Assembly (NCBI GenBank): GCA_965198225.1
Contig: CBDAOY010000003.1
Location: forward strand, 64,001 to 128,000
Reading direction: 5' to 3'
Length of the DNA: 64,000 nucleotides
Source of the DNA: Terriglobia bacterium
GTDB lineage: Bacteria; Acidobacteriota; Terriglobia; 20CM-2-55-15
The position numbers and the translations under genes were made by a program. Under the pieces are notes generated by a model, which ran no database searches, was not told the DNA's origin, and worked only from the letters and a program-made list of their open reading frames with translations. Of this stretch, positions 1 to 7,696 are shown piece by piece (the stretch's first letter is position 1; the number at the start of each line of letters is the position of its first letter).

Positions 1-150
1 CAACTTCGCGGCGAGTTCGACGGCTTCGGTGCCCGACGAGGCTTCGCCGACTACTTCCATGTCCGGCTCCTCCTCCAGAATCCGTTTCAGTCCCTGCCTC
101 AAGATGGCGTGATCGTCAGCGATTACCAGTTTTATTTTTTCGTTTGTCAT
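1..150 (-). CDS. NarL/LuxR-family response regulator, 5' part only (runs off the window edge)
   Basis: Manual translation from ATG at 150: MTNEKIKLVIADDHAILRQGLKRILEEEPDMEVVGEASSGTEAVELAAKL; close paralogue of 3705..4355; overlaps the kinase stop. Confidence 0.92.
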   Translation of the reverse strand, partial: MTNEKIKLVIADDHAILRQGLKRILEEEPDMEVVGEASSGTEAVELAAKL

Positions 151-1228
151 CTTCTTCACTCGTTCCCCTGGGGATAATCATTTCGACCGTGGTCCCCTGA
201 CCCGACGCCGTACCGACCCGGAAGGATCCGCCGACGTCATTCATCCGCTGCCGGATGGTCCAGAAGCCAGAGCTCATCAATTTCCCACTTGTATCAAAAT
301 AGCGGCGGGGATCGAATCCCCTTCCGTTGTCCTCTACCGCGACCCGAACCTCCGAATCGGAGAAACTCACTGCGATGTCTACCGCAGACGCCCCGGAATG
401 CCGGATTGCATTGCTGATCGCTTCCTGACAACACCGATATAGCGCCATCGTCGGCGACTCGTCAAGCGGGTACGGTTTGCCATGAGTCCTGCAGCGCACA
501 GCCACGTCCGAGGAGCTCGATACCTGTCCGGCCAGTTCCTCCAACGCGGGGACAAAACCCAGCGTGTCGAGGATCCTCGGGTAGAGCGTGTGCGATAGAT
601 CGCGTATCTTCGACAGCAGGCTACCGACTTCGGCGCGCGCCTCTGCCAGTTCTTCGACGGCCTTTGCCGCGCTCCCGTTGCGCTTCATCTCGCTCTCGAG
701 CAGCTTGAGCTTCAGCTTCAACGCGGCAATCGTCTGACCGACGTCGTCGTGCAGCTCGTGAGTGATCCGGCGACGTTCTTCATCCCGTGCACGCAGCGTC
801 TCCCGTACGAGAACTGTTTCCGACACGGTGTTCTTCTGGGCGCGACGGAGGGCCGCGTGCATCGTCCGAGCCGCCGCGATCTGGGGCGCAAGCAGTTCCA
901 GAATCCAGCCGTGATCTTCCGACGCGGGGCTCGTCGAGACAAAGCCGAACTGTTGGTCTCCGTTGCCGAACGACACGGTCTGGGCGGCCGGTGAAGGAGC
1001 GGGCCATTCCCCGAGCTCGAATTCCCGGATCCGGCGTCCCGTGGCATACCATTCCTTCCACTCGGACGCGGATCGGTAGACCACTCGCAGCTCCTTGGCC
1101 GGCGTCAGCTTCCGGACAATCTTCATTGTTTCCGCCACGACCGACCGCATGTCCTTGGCCTGCGTGATGGTTCGTCCGAATCGGCTGATCAGGCTGACGT
1201 CTGATTTGGAGATGTCCATTCCGTTCAA
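116..1228 (-). CDS. Soluble HisKA_3 (NarX/UhpB-type) sensor histidine kinase, copy A (start TTG 1228 or ATG 1219)
   Basis: H-box EERRRITHELHDDVGQ, N-box QEAISNAIRHS, G1 VEDNGRGF, C-terminal GQGTTV; no transmembrane segment visible. Confidence 0.92.
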   Translation of the reverse strand: MNGMDISKSDVSLISRFGRTITQAKDMRSVVAETMKIVRKLTPAKELRVVYRSASEWKEWYATGRRIREFELGEWPAPSPAAQTVSFGNGDQQFGFVSTSPASEDHGWILELLAPQIAAARTMHAALRRAQKNTVSETVLVRETLRARDEERRRITHELHDDVGQTIAALKLKLKLLESEMKRNGSAAKAVEELAEARAEVGSLLSKIRDLSHTLYPRILDTLGFVPALEELAGQVSSSSDVAVRCRTHGKPYPLDESPTMALYRCCQEAISNAIRHSGASAVDIAVSFSDSEVRVAVEDNGRGFDPRRYFDTSGKLMSSGFWTIRQRMNDVGGSFRVGTASGQGTTVEMIIPRGTSEEDDKRKNKTGNR

Positions 1229-2854
1229 TTAGTGCTTCTTTCCTAAAGCGTTCAACAGATTGATGCGTCCTTTGCCCAGGAGTTTTTCAAACTCCGGGTT
1301 CAGTCCGTCGATCGAATCTGCGGTCACTATAATCGTGCGTGCGGCTGTGTTGGCCCTCCCACCCAGGGACACCAGCAGTGCGACCGACCCACTGACGAGC
1401 GGTGCACTGAAAGACGTCCCAGAAGCCCTCGCATAGAGACCTCCCGGAAACGTCGTGACAACCTCGTCCCCGGGTGCGGTTACCGAAATATTTTTTCCGA
1501 AGTTCGAGAAGTCGGCCAGCCGGTCCCCGAGATCGGTCGCCGCGACTGCGATGACGGTCGGGTAGGACGCCGGGTAGACATCGCTGGCATCTTCGGCGTT
1601 GTTTCCGGCGGACGCGACGAGAACAATGCCGTCGGACCAGGCCTTCTGCACCACCCGCCCGAAAGCTTCGGAATCCTGGCCGATCGAGAAACTCATGTTG
1701 ATGACGTCTACTTCCTGATCGATTGCCGCGTACACGGCAGTCATCGCTAGAAACAGCGTGGACTGACCCTGGGAGTCGAATGCGCGGATCGGCACCAGTT
1801 GCGCCTCGGGCGCGACCGCGTGAAGGAGCCCGGCGACCAGCGTGCCGTGTCCCAGGCGGTCGAACATGCCGTTACCGAACAGGGACATGGTCGACTGGTT
1901 TACGTGGAAGAACTGGAGCTGTTCCCAGAACAGGGACATGGTCGACTGGTCCAGGGTGAACTGCTGCATCTCCTCCCAGAACAGGGACATAGTCGACTGG
2001 TCCAGCGTGCCCGCCAGCAATTGCTCCCAGAACAGGGACATGGTCGATTGATCCAGGTTGAGCCGTTGGAGCTCTTCCCAGAACAGGGACATGGTCGACT
2101 GGTCCAGCGTACCCGCACGCAGCTGCTCCCAGAACAGGGACATGGTCGATTGGTCCAGGCCGAGCCTCAGCAATTGCTCCCAGAACAGAGACATCGTCGA
2201 CATGTCGATCGAGCTGTTCTTCAGAGCCCGTACGAGATCTTCAAAGAGAGACATCGTGGACTGATCGATGCCGCCGAACTCCGAGACCGTCCCCCCGCCC
2301 AGCAGGTTAACGCCGGGTTCCAGCCAGGTCCGAATCGCCGGATGGTCCAGATCGACGCCGGTGTCGATGAACGCGATGCGCGTCCCCGCACCCGTCGTAA
2401 TGTCACGTGTGTCGGAGGCGTGAATTACATCCAGCCCAATCTGCTCTGCGTAGTGTTCGGGTACTTCCGTTCCAAAGAAATAGGTGGGCGAACCCTCTCC
2501 GAACAGCGACATCACGCTCTGGAAGAGCGACATCGTGCTCTGGTCCAGATCGATTTCGCCGTCTGAGCCCGTTTTCTCCCGGTCCATCCGAATTATCTTG
2601 TTCTCTTCGGCGTCGATGACTGCCTTTTCCTTCTTCAGCTTTTTCTTGACGCTCTTCTTGTTCTCGACTTCGACCAGGTATATCGGTTCGTCGCCGATCT
2701 GTCCGAGAACCCTGCCCTTGTATCTTTTCAGGATCTTGTCTATCGACTTTCCGTCCTTGAGAGTCACGATCAACGTCCGGGTGCCCGCAGCTACAGCCAC
2801 GCCGGGCAGCAGCCAGCCGAGGAGGACCAGAACGAGGATGATGCGTCGATGCAT
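1229..2854 (-). CDS. Exported S8 (subtilisin-like) serine protease with internal DQSTMSLFW repeat array, copy A
   Basis: Sec-like signal peptide; triad motifs IDTG, GHGT, SGTSFSAP; oxyanion motif SAGN; prodomain-like N-terminus. Confidence 0.93.
   Translation of the reverse strand: MHRRIILVLVLLGWLLPGVAVAAGTRTLIVTLKDGKSIDKILKRYKGRVLGQIGDEPIYLVEVENKKSVKKKLKKEKAVIDAEENKIIRMDREKTGSDGEIDLDQSTMSLFQSVMSLFGEGSPTYFFGTEVPEHYAEQIGLDVIHASDTRDITTGAGTRIAFIDTGVDLDHPAIRTWLEPGVNLLGGGTVSEFGGIDQSTMSLFEDLVRALKNSSIDMSTMSLFWEQLLRLGLDQSTMSLFWEQLRAGTLDQSTMSLFWEELQRLNLDQSTMSLFWEQLLAGTLDQSTMSLFWEEMQQFTLDQSTMSLFWEQLQFFHVNQSTMSLFGNGMFDRLGHGTLVAGLLHAVAPEAQLVPIRAFDSQGQSTLFLAMTAVYAAIDQEVDVINMSFSIGQDSEAFGRVVQKAWSDGIVLVASAGNNAEDASDVYPASYPTVIAVAATDLGDRLADFSNFGKNISVTAPGDEVVTTFPGGLYARASGTSFSAPLVSGSVALLVSLGGRANTAARTIIVTADSIDGLNPEFEKLLGKGRINLLNALGKKH
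1877..2270. repeat. Coding tandem repeat, 51-bp period, 8 units (S8 copy A)
   Basis: GAACAGGGACATGGTCGACTGG-like units start at 1877, 1928, 1979, 2030, 2081, 2132, 2183 and 2243; minus strand encodes (L/I/V)(D/N)(Q/M)STMSLF(W). Confidence 0.97.
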
Positions 2855-2869
2855 CGTTTCTAGGCCTCC

Positions 2870-3292
2870 TTATGCCTGTGCTTGCATGGAATAGGCGAGT
2901 CGCCAGTCGCGAGGATCGTTATGGGACAATCCTCGAACGACAAAACGGCGATCGTCGAGCGAGATCGTCAGATCGAAGTCCCCGTCGGGCACGGTGTGAA
3001 ACATGAACTCTCCGATGGGATTCGTCCGCGTCAACGTCTTCTGCCGGTCCGTTTCGATCACGACCGGGAGGTTGGAGACATTACCCAGGGAGGCGGTTTC
3101 CGGCATCACCTGACCTCCGACATGGAGGCACGGGCTGCCGTCCGACTGCTTGACGAGAAGGTCGAGGATGACCCCCCCGCCTTCATAGATCAGGTGCCGA
3201 TCCTCGGCAGAGGCATCCCGGATCAGGGGCACCTCTTCAAACCAGGAATCAAACAGGAGCGAGCCACGAATTTCGACAACGTCATGGTTCAT
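2870..3292 (-). CDS. Small CHAT-associated cytoplasmic protein, probable beta-sandwich (carboxypeptidase-regulatory-like) fold, copy A
   Basis: ATG at 3292 preceded by GAGGAGG; motifs LLFDSW, RHLIYEGGGVILDL, TRTNPIGEFMF; paralogue of 7280..7696. Confidence 0.8.
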   Translation of the reverse strand: MNHDVVEIRGSLLFDSWFEEVPLIRDASAEDRHLIYEGGGVILDLLVKQSDGSPCLHVGGQVMPETASLGNVSNLPVVIETDRQKTLTRTNPIGEFMFHTVPDGDFDLTISLDDRRFVVRGLSHNDPRDWRLAYSMQAQA

Positions 3293-3430
3293 AATCAGTT
3301 CCTCCTCGTCTTCGGACAAAAGTTCCGAACAAACCAACAAAAGTACGGATTCGCAACGTGGCCCGAGTGTTCTTGTTGGCGCCAGTGCAGCATGCTGGGG
3401 CCGGAGCCTTCGGGCCGTCGTTATAGATCG
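3282..3430 (-). pseudogene. Decayed remnant of the 3' end of a CHAT gene
   Basis: Minus strand CGGGCCACGTTGCGAATCCGTACTTTTG...TTCGGAACTTTTGTCCGAAGACGAGGAGGAACTGATTATGAACCATGA aligns with the CHAT end CGCGCCACGTTTCCGCATCCGTACTTCTG...TTCGGAACTTTCGTCCGAAAACACGGAGGAACTCGTTATGCAACATGA; contains indels. Confidence 0.8.
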
Positions 3431-3704
3431 GTGTCCGTATTCTATGCTAAAGACCTAAGATGTTGGGATAGGAAACCTTCTCAGGCGAGGTGTAGTCAGG
3501 GGGGCTTGAAGAGTGTGATTTCCCCGGTGGCTGGCCCGAATCAAAGAGCCTCGCGGGCCCCTCGGCGGAGGATTGGGGAGAATGAGGTCGGATCGGAACC
3601 CGGCAGACACAGCGGATCAAGACGGATCGAGCGAACGGGTGCGACGCGCCACAACCCGCCGACCGACGCCGCGCGCGACCGACTCTTGGCGGGCGCGACC
3701 CGAC

Positions 3705-4355
3705 TCACACCGTGTTGACCAGTCCTTCGCGGATCGCGTACCGAATCAACTCGCCGATCGTCCGAATGCGAAGCTTGTCCATGATGTGCTGCCGATGCGT
3801 ATGGATCGTTTTGGCGCTCACGAACAGCGCATCGGCGACCTCGCTCGACGACTTGCCCTCGGCAAGGAGGTAAAACACTTCCTTTTCGCGTTTAGTGAGT
3901 GCTTCCAGGCCTCTGCGGCTTTCGTCCTCAACTGACCCGAGATTGGCGAGCGTTTTCGTCACTTTGGAGGAGAAGACGGACCCGCCCGAGTGAATCGTTC
4001 GGATCGCCGTGACGAGTTCGTTGTCGAGCGAATCTTTCAGCAGGTACCCGGCAGCGCCGGCGGTGACGGCGCTGGCGATGACCTGCCTTTCATCGTGGAC
4101 GGTCAGCATCAAGACTTTGGAGCCGCCTTCCGTGGCGATTTCCCGGGTGCTTTCGATCCCGTTCTGCCCGGGCATCGATATGTCCATGATGACGATATCC
4201 GGATGCAGTTCCCCGGCCAGTGCGACCGCCTCGGACCCGGTGGAAGCTTCGCCCACGACTTCCATGTCCTGTTCTTCTTCCAGTATTCGTCTCAGCCCCT
4301 GTCTCAGTATTGCGTGATCATCCGCGATCAACAGTCGTATCTTTCCGTTCGTCAT
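3705..4355 (-). CDS. NarL/LuxR-family response regulator, copy B
   Basis: Receiver motifs IADDH, MDISMP, GYLLK; HTH LTKREKEV...SAKTIHTHRQHIMDKL. Confidence 0.96.
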   Translation of the reverse strand: MTNGKIRLLIADDHAILRQGLRRILEEEQDMEVVGEASTGSEAVALAGELHPDIVIMDISMPGQNGIESTREIATEGGSKVLMLTVHDERQVIASAVTAGAAGYLLKDSLDNELVTAIRTIHSGGSVFSSKVTKTLANLGSVEDESRRGLEALTKREKEVFYLLAEGKSSSEVADALFVSAKTIHTHRQHIMDKLRIRTIGELIRYAIREGLVNTV

Positions 4356-5514
4356 CCTTTTCTCCCGTTGTTAAGGGCACAATCATTTCAACCGTGGTTC
4401 CCTGGCCCGACGCCGTGCCGAGCCGGAAAGATCCGCCGGTGTCGCTCATCCGCTGGCGGATCGTCCAGAATCCCGAGCTCATCAACTTCCCACTGGCATC
4501 GTAGAAACGACGAGGGTCGAACCCGCATCCATTGTCTTCGACCGATACTCTTACCTCCTGTTCCGCAAAATAGACGTGTATGGTCGCTCTGGAGGCGCCG
4601 GAATGCCTGATCGCGTTGCTGAGCGCCTCCTGACAACATCGGTACAATGCGAGGGTCGTGGGTTCATCCAGGGGTCTTGGGGTGCCGCGCACGCTGCAAC
4701 GGGCTCTGATGCCCGAAGGCCCCGACACCTGGTTCGCCAGTTCCTCCAGCGCGGGGACGAAACCCAGAGTGTCGAGGATCCTCGGATACAGCGTGTGAGA
4801 CAGGTTCCGAACCCTTGCCAGCAACTGGCCCACGTTCTCGCGGGCTTCGGCCAGCTCCTCGATCGTTGTGGCCGAAAAACCGTTCTGTGCGATCCGATTC
4901 TCCAACAGCTTGAGCTTCAGCTTGAGTGTCGCGATCATCTGCCCCACGTCATCGTGCAGGTCGTGGGTAATCCGTCGCCGCTCTGCGTCACGAGCGCGCA
5001 GAGTTTCACGAACCAGTTCCATCTCCGAGATTGCATGCTTCTGGGCTCGAAGCAGGGCCGCGCGGAGGGTCAGTACGGCGGAAATCTGCGGAGCCATCAA
5101 CTCCAGGACCCACGTCGTGTCCTCGGATGTCGGGCTGATCGAAACAAAACCGTATTGCTCGCTTCCGGTTTCGAATGCGACGGTCTGTGCGGCCGGCGAC
5201 GGGGACGGCCATTCCGCCTGATCGTAGGAACGGATGCTGCGTCCGAGGGCGTGCCACTCCTTCCAGGCTCCCGCCACCGCGTACACGACGCGCAGCTCGA
5301 CGGCGGGCGTCAGCTTCCGGACGATCTTCAGGGCCTCGGCGACGACCTTTCGGACGTCCTGGGTTTGCGTGATCGTCCGTCCGAACCGCCCGATCAGGCT
5401 GACGTCAGCGGGCGAAATCCCCGTCGTATCCGCAGCCTGTTTCGATTTCCTGCTCTCCCCGCCTGCAGCGAGCGGCTTAGTTATTTTTTTTCTTTTTGCC
5501 TTTGGCTTTGCCAT
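4318..5514 (-). CDS. Soluble HisKA_3 histidine kinase, copy B (start uncertain; nearest ATG at 5514 overlaps the S8 tail)
   Basis: H-box ERRRITHDLHDDVGQ, N-box QEALSNAIRHS, G1 VEDNGCGF; paralogue of 116..1228. Confidence 0.9.
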   Translation of the reverse strand: MAKPKAKRKKITKPLAAGGESRKSKQAADTTGISPADVSLIGRFGRTITQTQDVRKVVAEALKIVRKLTPAVELRVVYAVAGAWKEWHALGRSIRSYDQAEWPSPSPAAQTVAFETGSEQYGFVSISPTSEDTTWVLELMAPQISAVLTLRAALLRAQKHAISEMELVRETLRARDAERRRITHDLHDDVGQMIATLKLKLKLLENRIAQNGFSATTIEELAEARENVGQLLARVRNLSHTLYPRILDTLGFVPALEELANQVSGPSGIRARCSVRGTPRPLDEPTTLALYRCCQEALSNAIRHSGASRATIHVYFAEQEVRVSVEDNGCGFDPRRFYDASGKLMSSGFWTIRQRMSDTGGSFRLGTASGQGTTVEMIVPLTTGEKDDERKDTTVDRG

Positions 5515-7246
5515 TCCCGTTTCCGTTGGAATTCCCGGTACTGCCTGTGTTCGAGCCAGTTGTATCGCTGTCATCCAACGCCTCAGTCAGGTTGATGCGT
5601 CCCCAGCCCAGCTCGTTCCAGAGAGCCGGGTTCAACGATGACGATTCGATGGAGTCCGCCGTGTGTAGGATAGTGTGTCTGGCGGATATATTGTTCTTAC
5701 CCACGGACATGAGCAACGCCAGCCCGGCGCTCACCATCGGCGCACTGAACGATGTGCCGGACGCTCTGGCATACAGGCCTCCAGGGAACGTGGTTGCCAC
5801 GCCAACCCCCGGAGCCAGGACGTCGACGAAACCGTAGTTCGAGAACGACGCGAGGTGGTCTTCGAAATCCGTCGAGGCGACCGCGATCACCTTGTTGTGT
5901 TGCGCCGGATAAATGTCGTTGTTTATGTAGGCGGCGTCGTTTCCGATCGATGCGACCAGTGCGACTCCTTGCGACCATGCATCGTTCAGTGCCCGGTTCA
6001 TGGCTTTGGATTCGGTACCGATCGAAAAACTCATGTTGATGACGTCGACGTCCAGGGCGAGGGCGGCATAGACGGCGGCGACGGCGAAGAACAGCGTCGA
6101 CCGACCCTGGGAGTCGAATGCGCGGATCGGCACCAGTTGGGCTTCGGGCGCGACCGCGTGCAGGAGCCCGGCGACCAGCGTGCCGTGTCCCAGGCGGTCG
6201 AACATGCCGTTACCGAACAGGGACATCGTCGACTGGTTCACGTAGAAGAACTCGAGCTGTTCCCAGAACAGGGACATGGTCGACTGGTCCAGGGTGAACT
6301 GCTGCATCTCTTCCCAGAACAGGGACATGACCGACTGGTCCACGTCGAGCCTCTGCAGGACTTCCCAGAAAAGCGACATGGTCGACTGGTCCAGAGTACC
6401 TGCGAACAGTTGCTCCCAGAACAGGGACATGGTCGATTGATCCAGGTTGAGTCTCTGGAGCTCTTCCCAGAACAGGGACATGGTCGACTGGTCCAGGGCG
6501 CCAGCCGCGAGCCGCTCCCAGAACAGCGACATGACGGACTGATCCAGGCCAGCCCTCAGCAATTGATCCCAGAACAGCGACATCGTCGACATGTCGATCG
6601 AGCTGTTCTTCAGGGCCCGCACGAGATCTTCAAAGAGCGACATCGTAGACTGGTCGATGCTGCCGTACTCCGAGGCCGACCCCCCACCCAGCAGGTTGAC
6701 GCCGGGCTCCAGCCAGGTCCGAATCGCCGGATGGTCCAGATCGACGCCGGTGTCGATGAACGCGATGCGCGTCCCCGCACCCGTCGTAATGTCACGCGTG
6801 TCGGACGCGTGAATCACATCCAGCGCAATCTGCTCGGCGTAGTGTTCAGGCACTTCCGTCCCGAAGAAATCGGTAGGGGATCCTTCTCCGAATAACGACA
6901 TCACGCTCTGGAACAGCGACATCGTGCTCTGATCCAGATCGAGAAACCCACCGGGTATCGATGGAGGCTTGCTCTCCAGCGATACGAGGCCGTTCGGTTC
7001 CACATCGGTGACCCACTTGTCGCCGGCCAGGTCCTCGATCGGGTCTTCGTCCGTCCCGTCGGTAAGAACCAGGAAAACCGGCTCCTGGCCCATCTGTCCG
7101 AGAACCTGGAGATCGTATTTCGCCTTGACCTGGTTGATCTTGTTTGCGCTCTTGAGTGTTACGATCAGCTCCAGCCCGCCGGCTGAGGCTGCGGTCGGGA
7201 GCAGGAGCCCCGCGATCAGTAAGGTGAGAATTATGCATCTTCGCAT
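5477..7246 (-). CDS. Exported S8 serine protease with DQSTMSLFW repeat array, copy B
   Basis: Signal peptide; IDTG, GHGT and SGTSFSAP motifs; Gly/Asn/Lys-rich tail. Confidence 0.93.
   Translation of the reverse strand: MRRCIILTLLIAGLLLPTAASAGGLELIVTLKSANKINQVKAKYDLQVLGQMGQEPVFLVLTDGTDEDPIEDLAGDKWVTDVEPNGLVSLESKPPSIPGGFLDLDQSTMSLFQSVMSLFGEGSPTDFFGTEVPEHYAEQIALDVIHASDTRDITTGAGTRIAFIDTGVDLDHPAIRTWLEPGVNLLGGGSASEYGSIDQSTMSLFEDLVRALKNSSIDMSTMSLFWDQLLRAGLDQSVMSLFWERLAAGALDQSTMSLFWEELQRLNLDQSTMSLFWEQLFAGTLDQSTMSLFWEVLQRLDVDQSVMSLFWEEMQQFTLDQSTMSLFWEQLEFFYVNQSTMSLFGNGMFDRLGHGTLVAGLLHAVAPEAQLVPIRAFDSQGRSTLFFAVAAVYAALALDVDVINMSFSIGTESKAMNRALNDAWSQGVALVASIGNDAAYINNDIYPAQHNKVIAVASTDFEDHLASFSNYGFVDVLAPGVGVATTFPGGLYARASGTSFSAPMVSAGLALLMSVGKNNISARHTILHTADSIESSSLNPALWNELGWGRINLTEALDDSDTTGSNTGSTGNSNGNGNGKAKGKKKKNN
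6215..6659. repeat. Coding tandem repeat, 51-bp period, 9 units (S8 copy B)
   Basis: Units start at 6215, 6266, 6317, 6368, 6419, 6470, 6521, 6572 and 6632. Confidence 0.97.
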
Positions 7247-7279
7247 TTCTTGAGTTCTCCATCCATGGAAAGAAATCGG

Positions 7280-7696
7280 TTAACAGTCAGTCGAACACGC
7301 TAATTGCCAGTTTCGGGGATCGCTCCGCGAGAGCCCTCGCACCACAAACCGCCGACCCTCCAGCAGGATCGTGAGATCGAAGTCCACGTTCGAGACCGAA
7401 TGAAACATGAATTCTCCGATCGGATTCGTCCGCGTCGCCGTCTTCTTCCTTCGAGTCTCGATCACGACCGGGAGGTTTGCGACGTCCCCCATGGAATCCG
7501 TGTCGGGCAGCACCTGGCCCCCGACGTGAAGGCAGGGGTCTCCGTTCGTGCGTTTGACCAGAAGATCGAGGATGACTCCGCCGCCCTCGTAGATCAGATG
7601 CCGGTCCTCGGGGGACGGGTTCCGGACCCGGGGCGTTTCTTCGAACCAGGAATCGAACAAAAGTGAGCCCCGAATTTCGACAACATCATGTTGCAT
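7280..7696 (-). CDS. Small CHAT-associated beta-sandwich protein, copy B
   Basis: ATG at 7696 (MQHDVVEIRGSLLFDSW) with GGAGG RBS; overlaps the CHAT stop by 11 nt. Confidence 0.8.
   Translation of the reverse strand: MQHDVVEIRGSLLFDSWFEETPRVRNPSPEDRHLIYEGGGVILDLLVKRTNGDPCLHVGGQVLPDTDSMGDVANLPVVIETRRKKTATRTNPIGEFMFHSVSNVDFDLTILLEGRRFVVRGLSRSDPRNWQLACSTDC

Noticed and set aside
1877-6659. 51-bp periodic repeats resembling CRISPR arrays
   Set aside because: The period is a multiple of three, the arrays are in frame inside protease genes, variation is synonymous, the short spacers resemble each other, and no cas genes are present.
1765-6945. Near-identical paired regions as a diversity-generating retroelement TR/VR pair
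   Set aside because: Differences are not adenine-specific, both copies are in full genes, and no reverse transcriptase is in the window.
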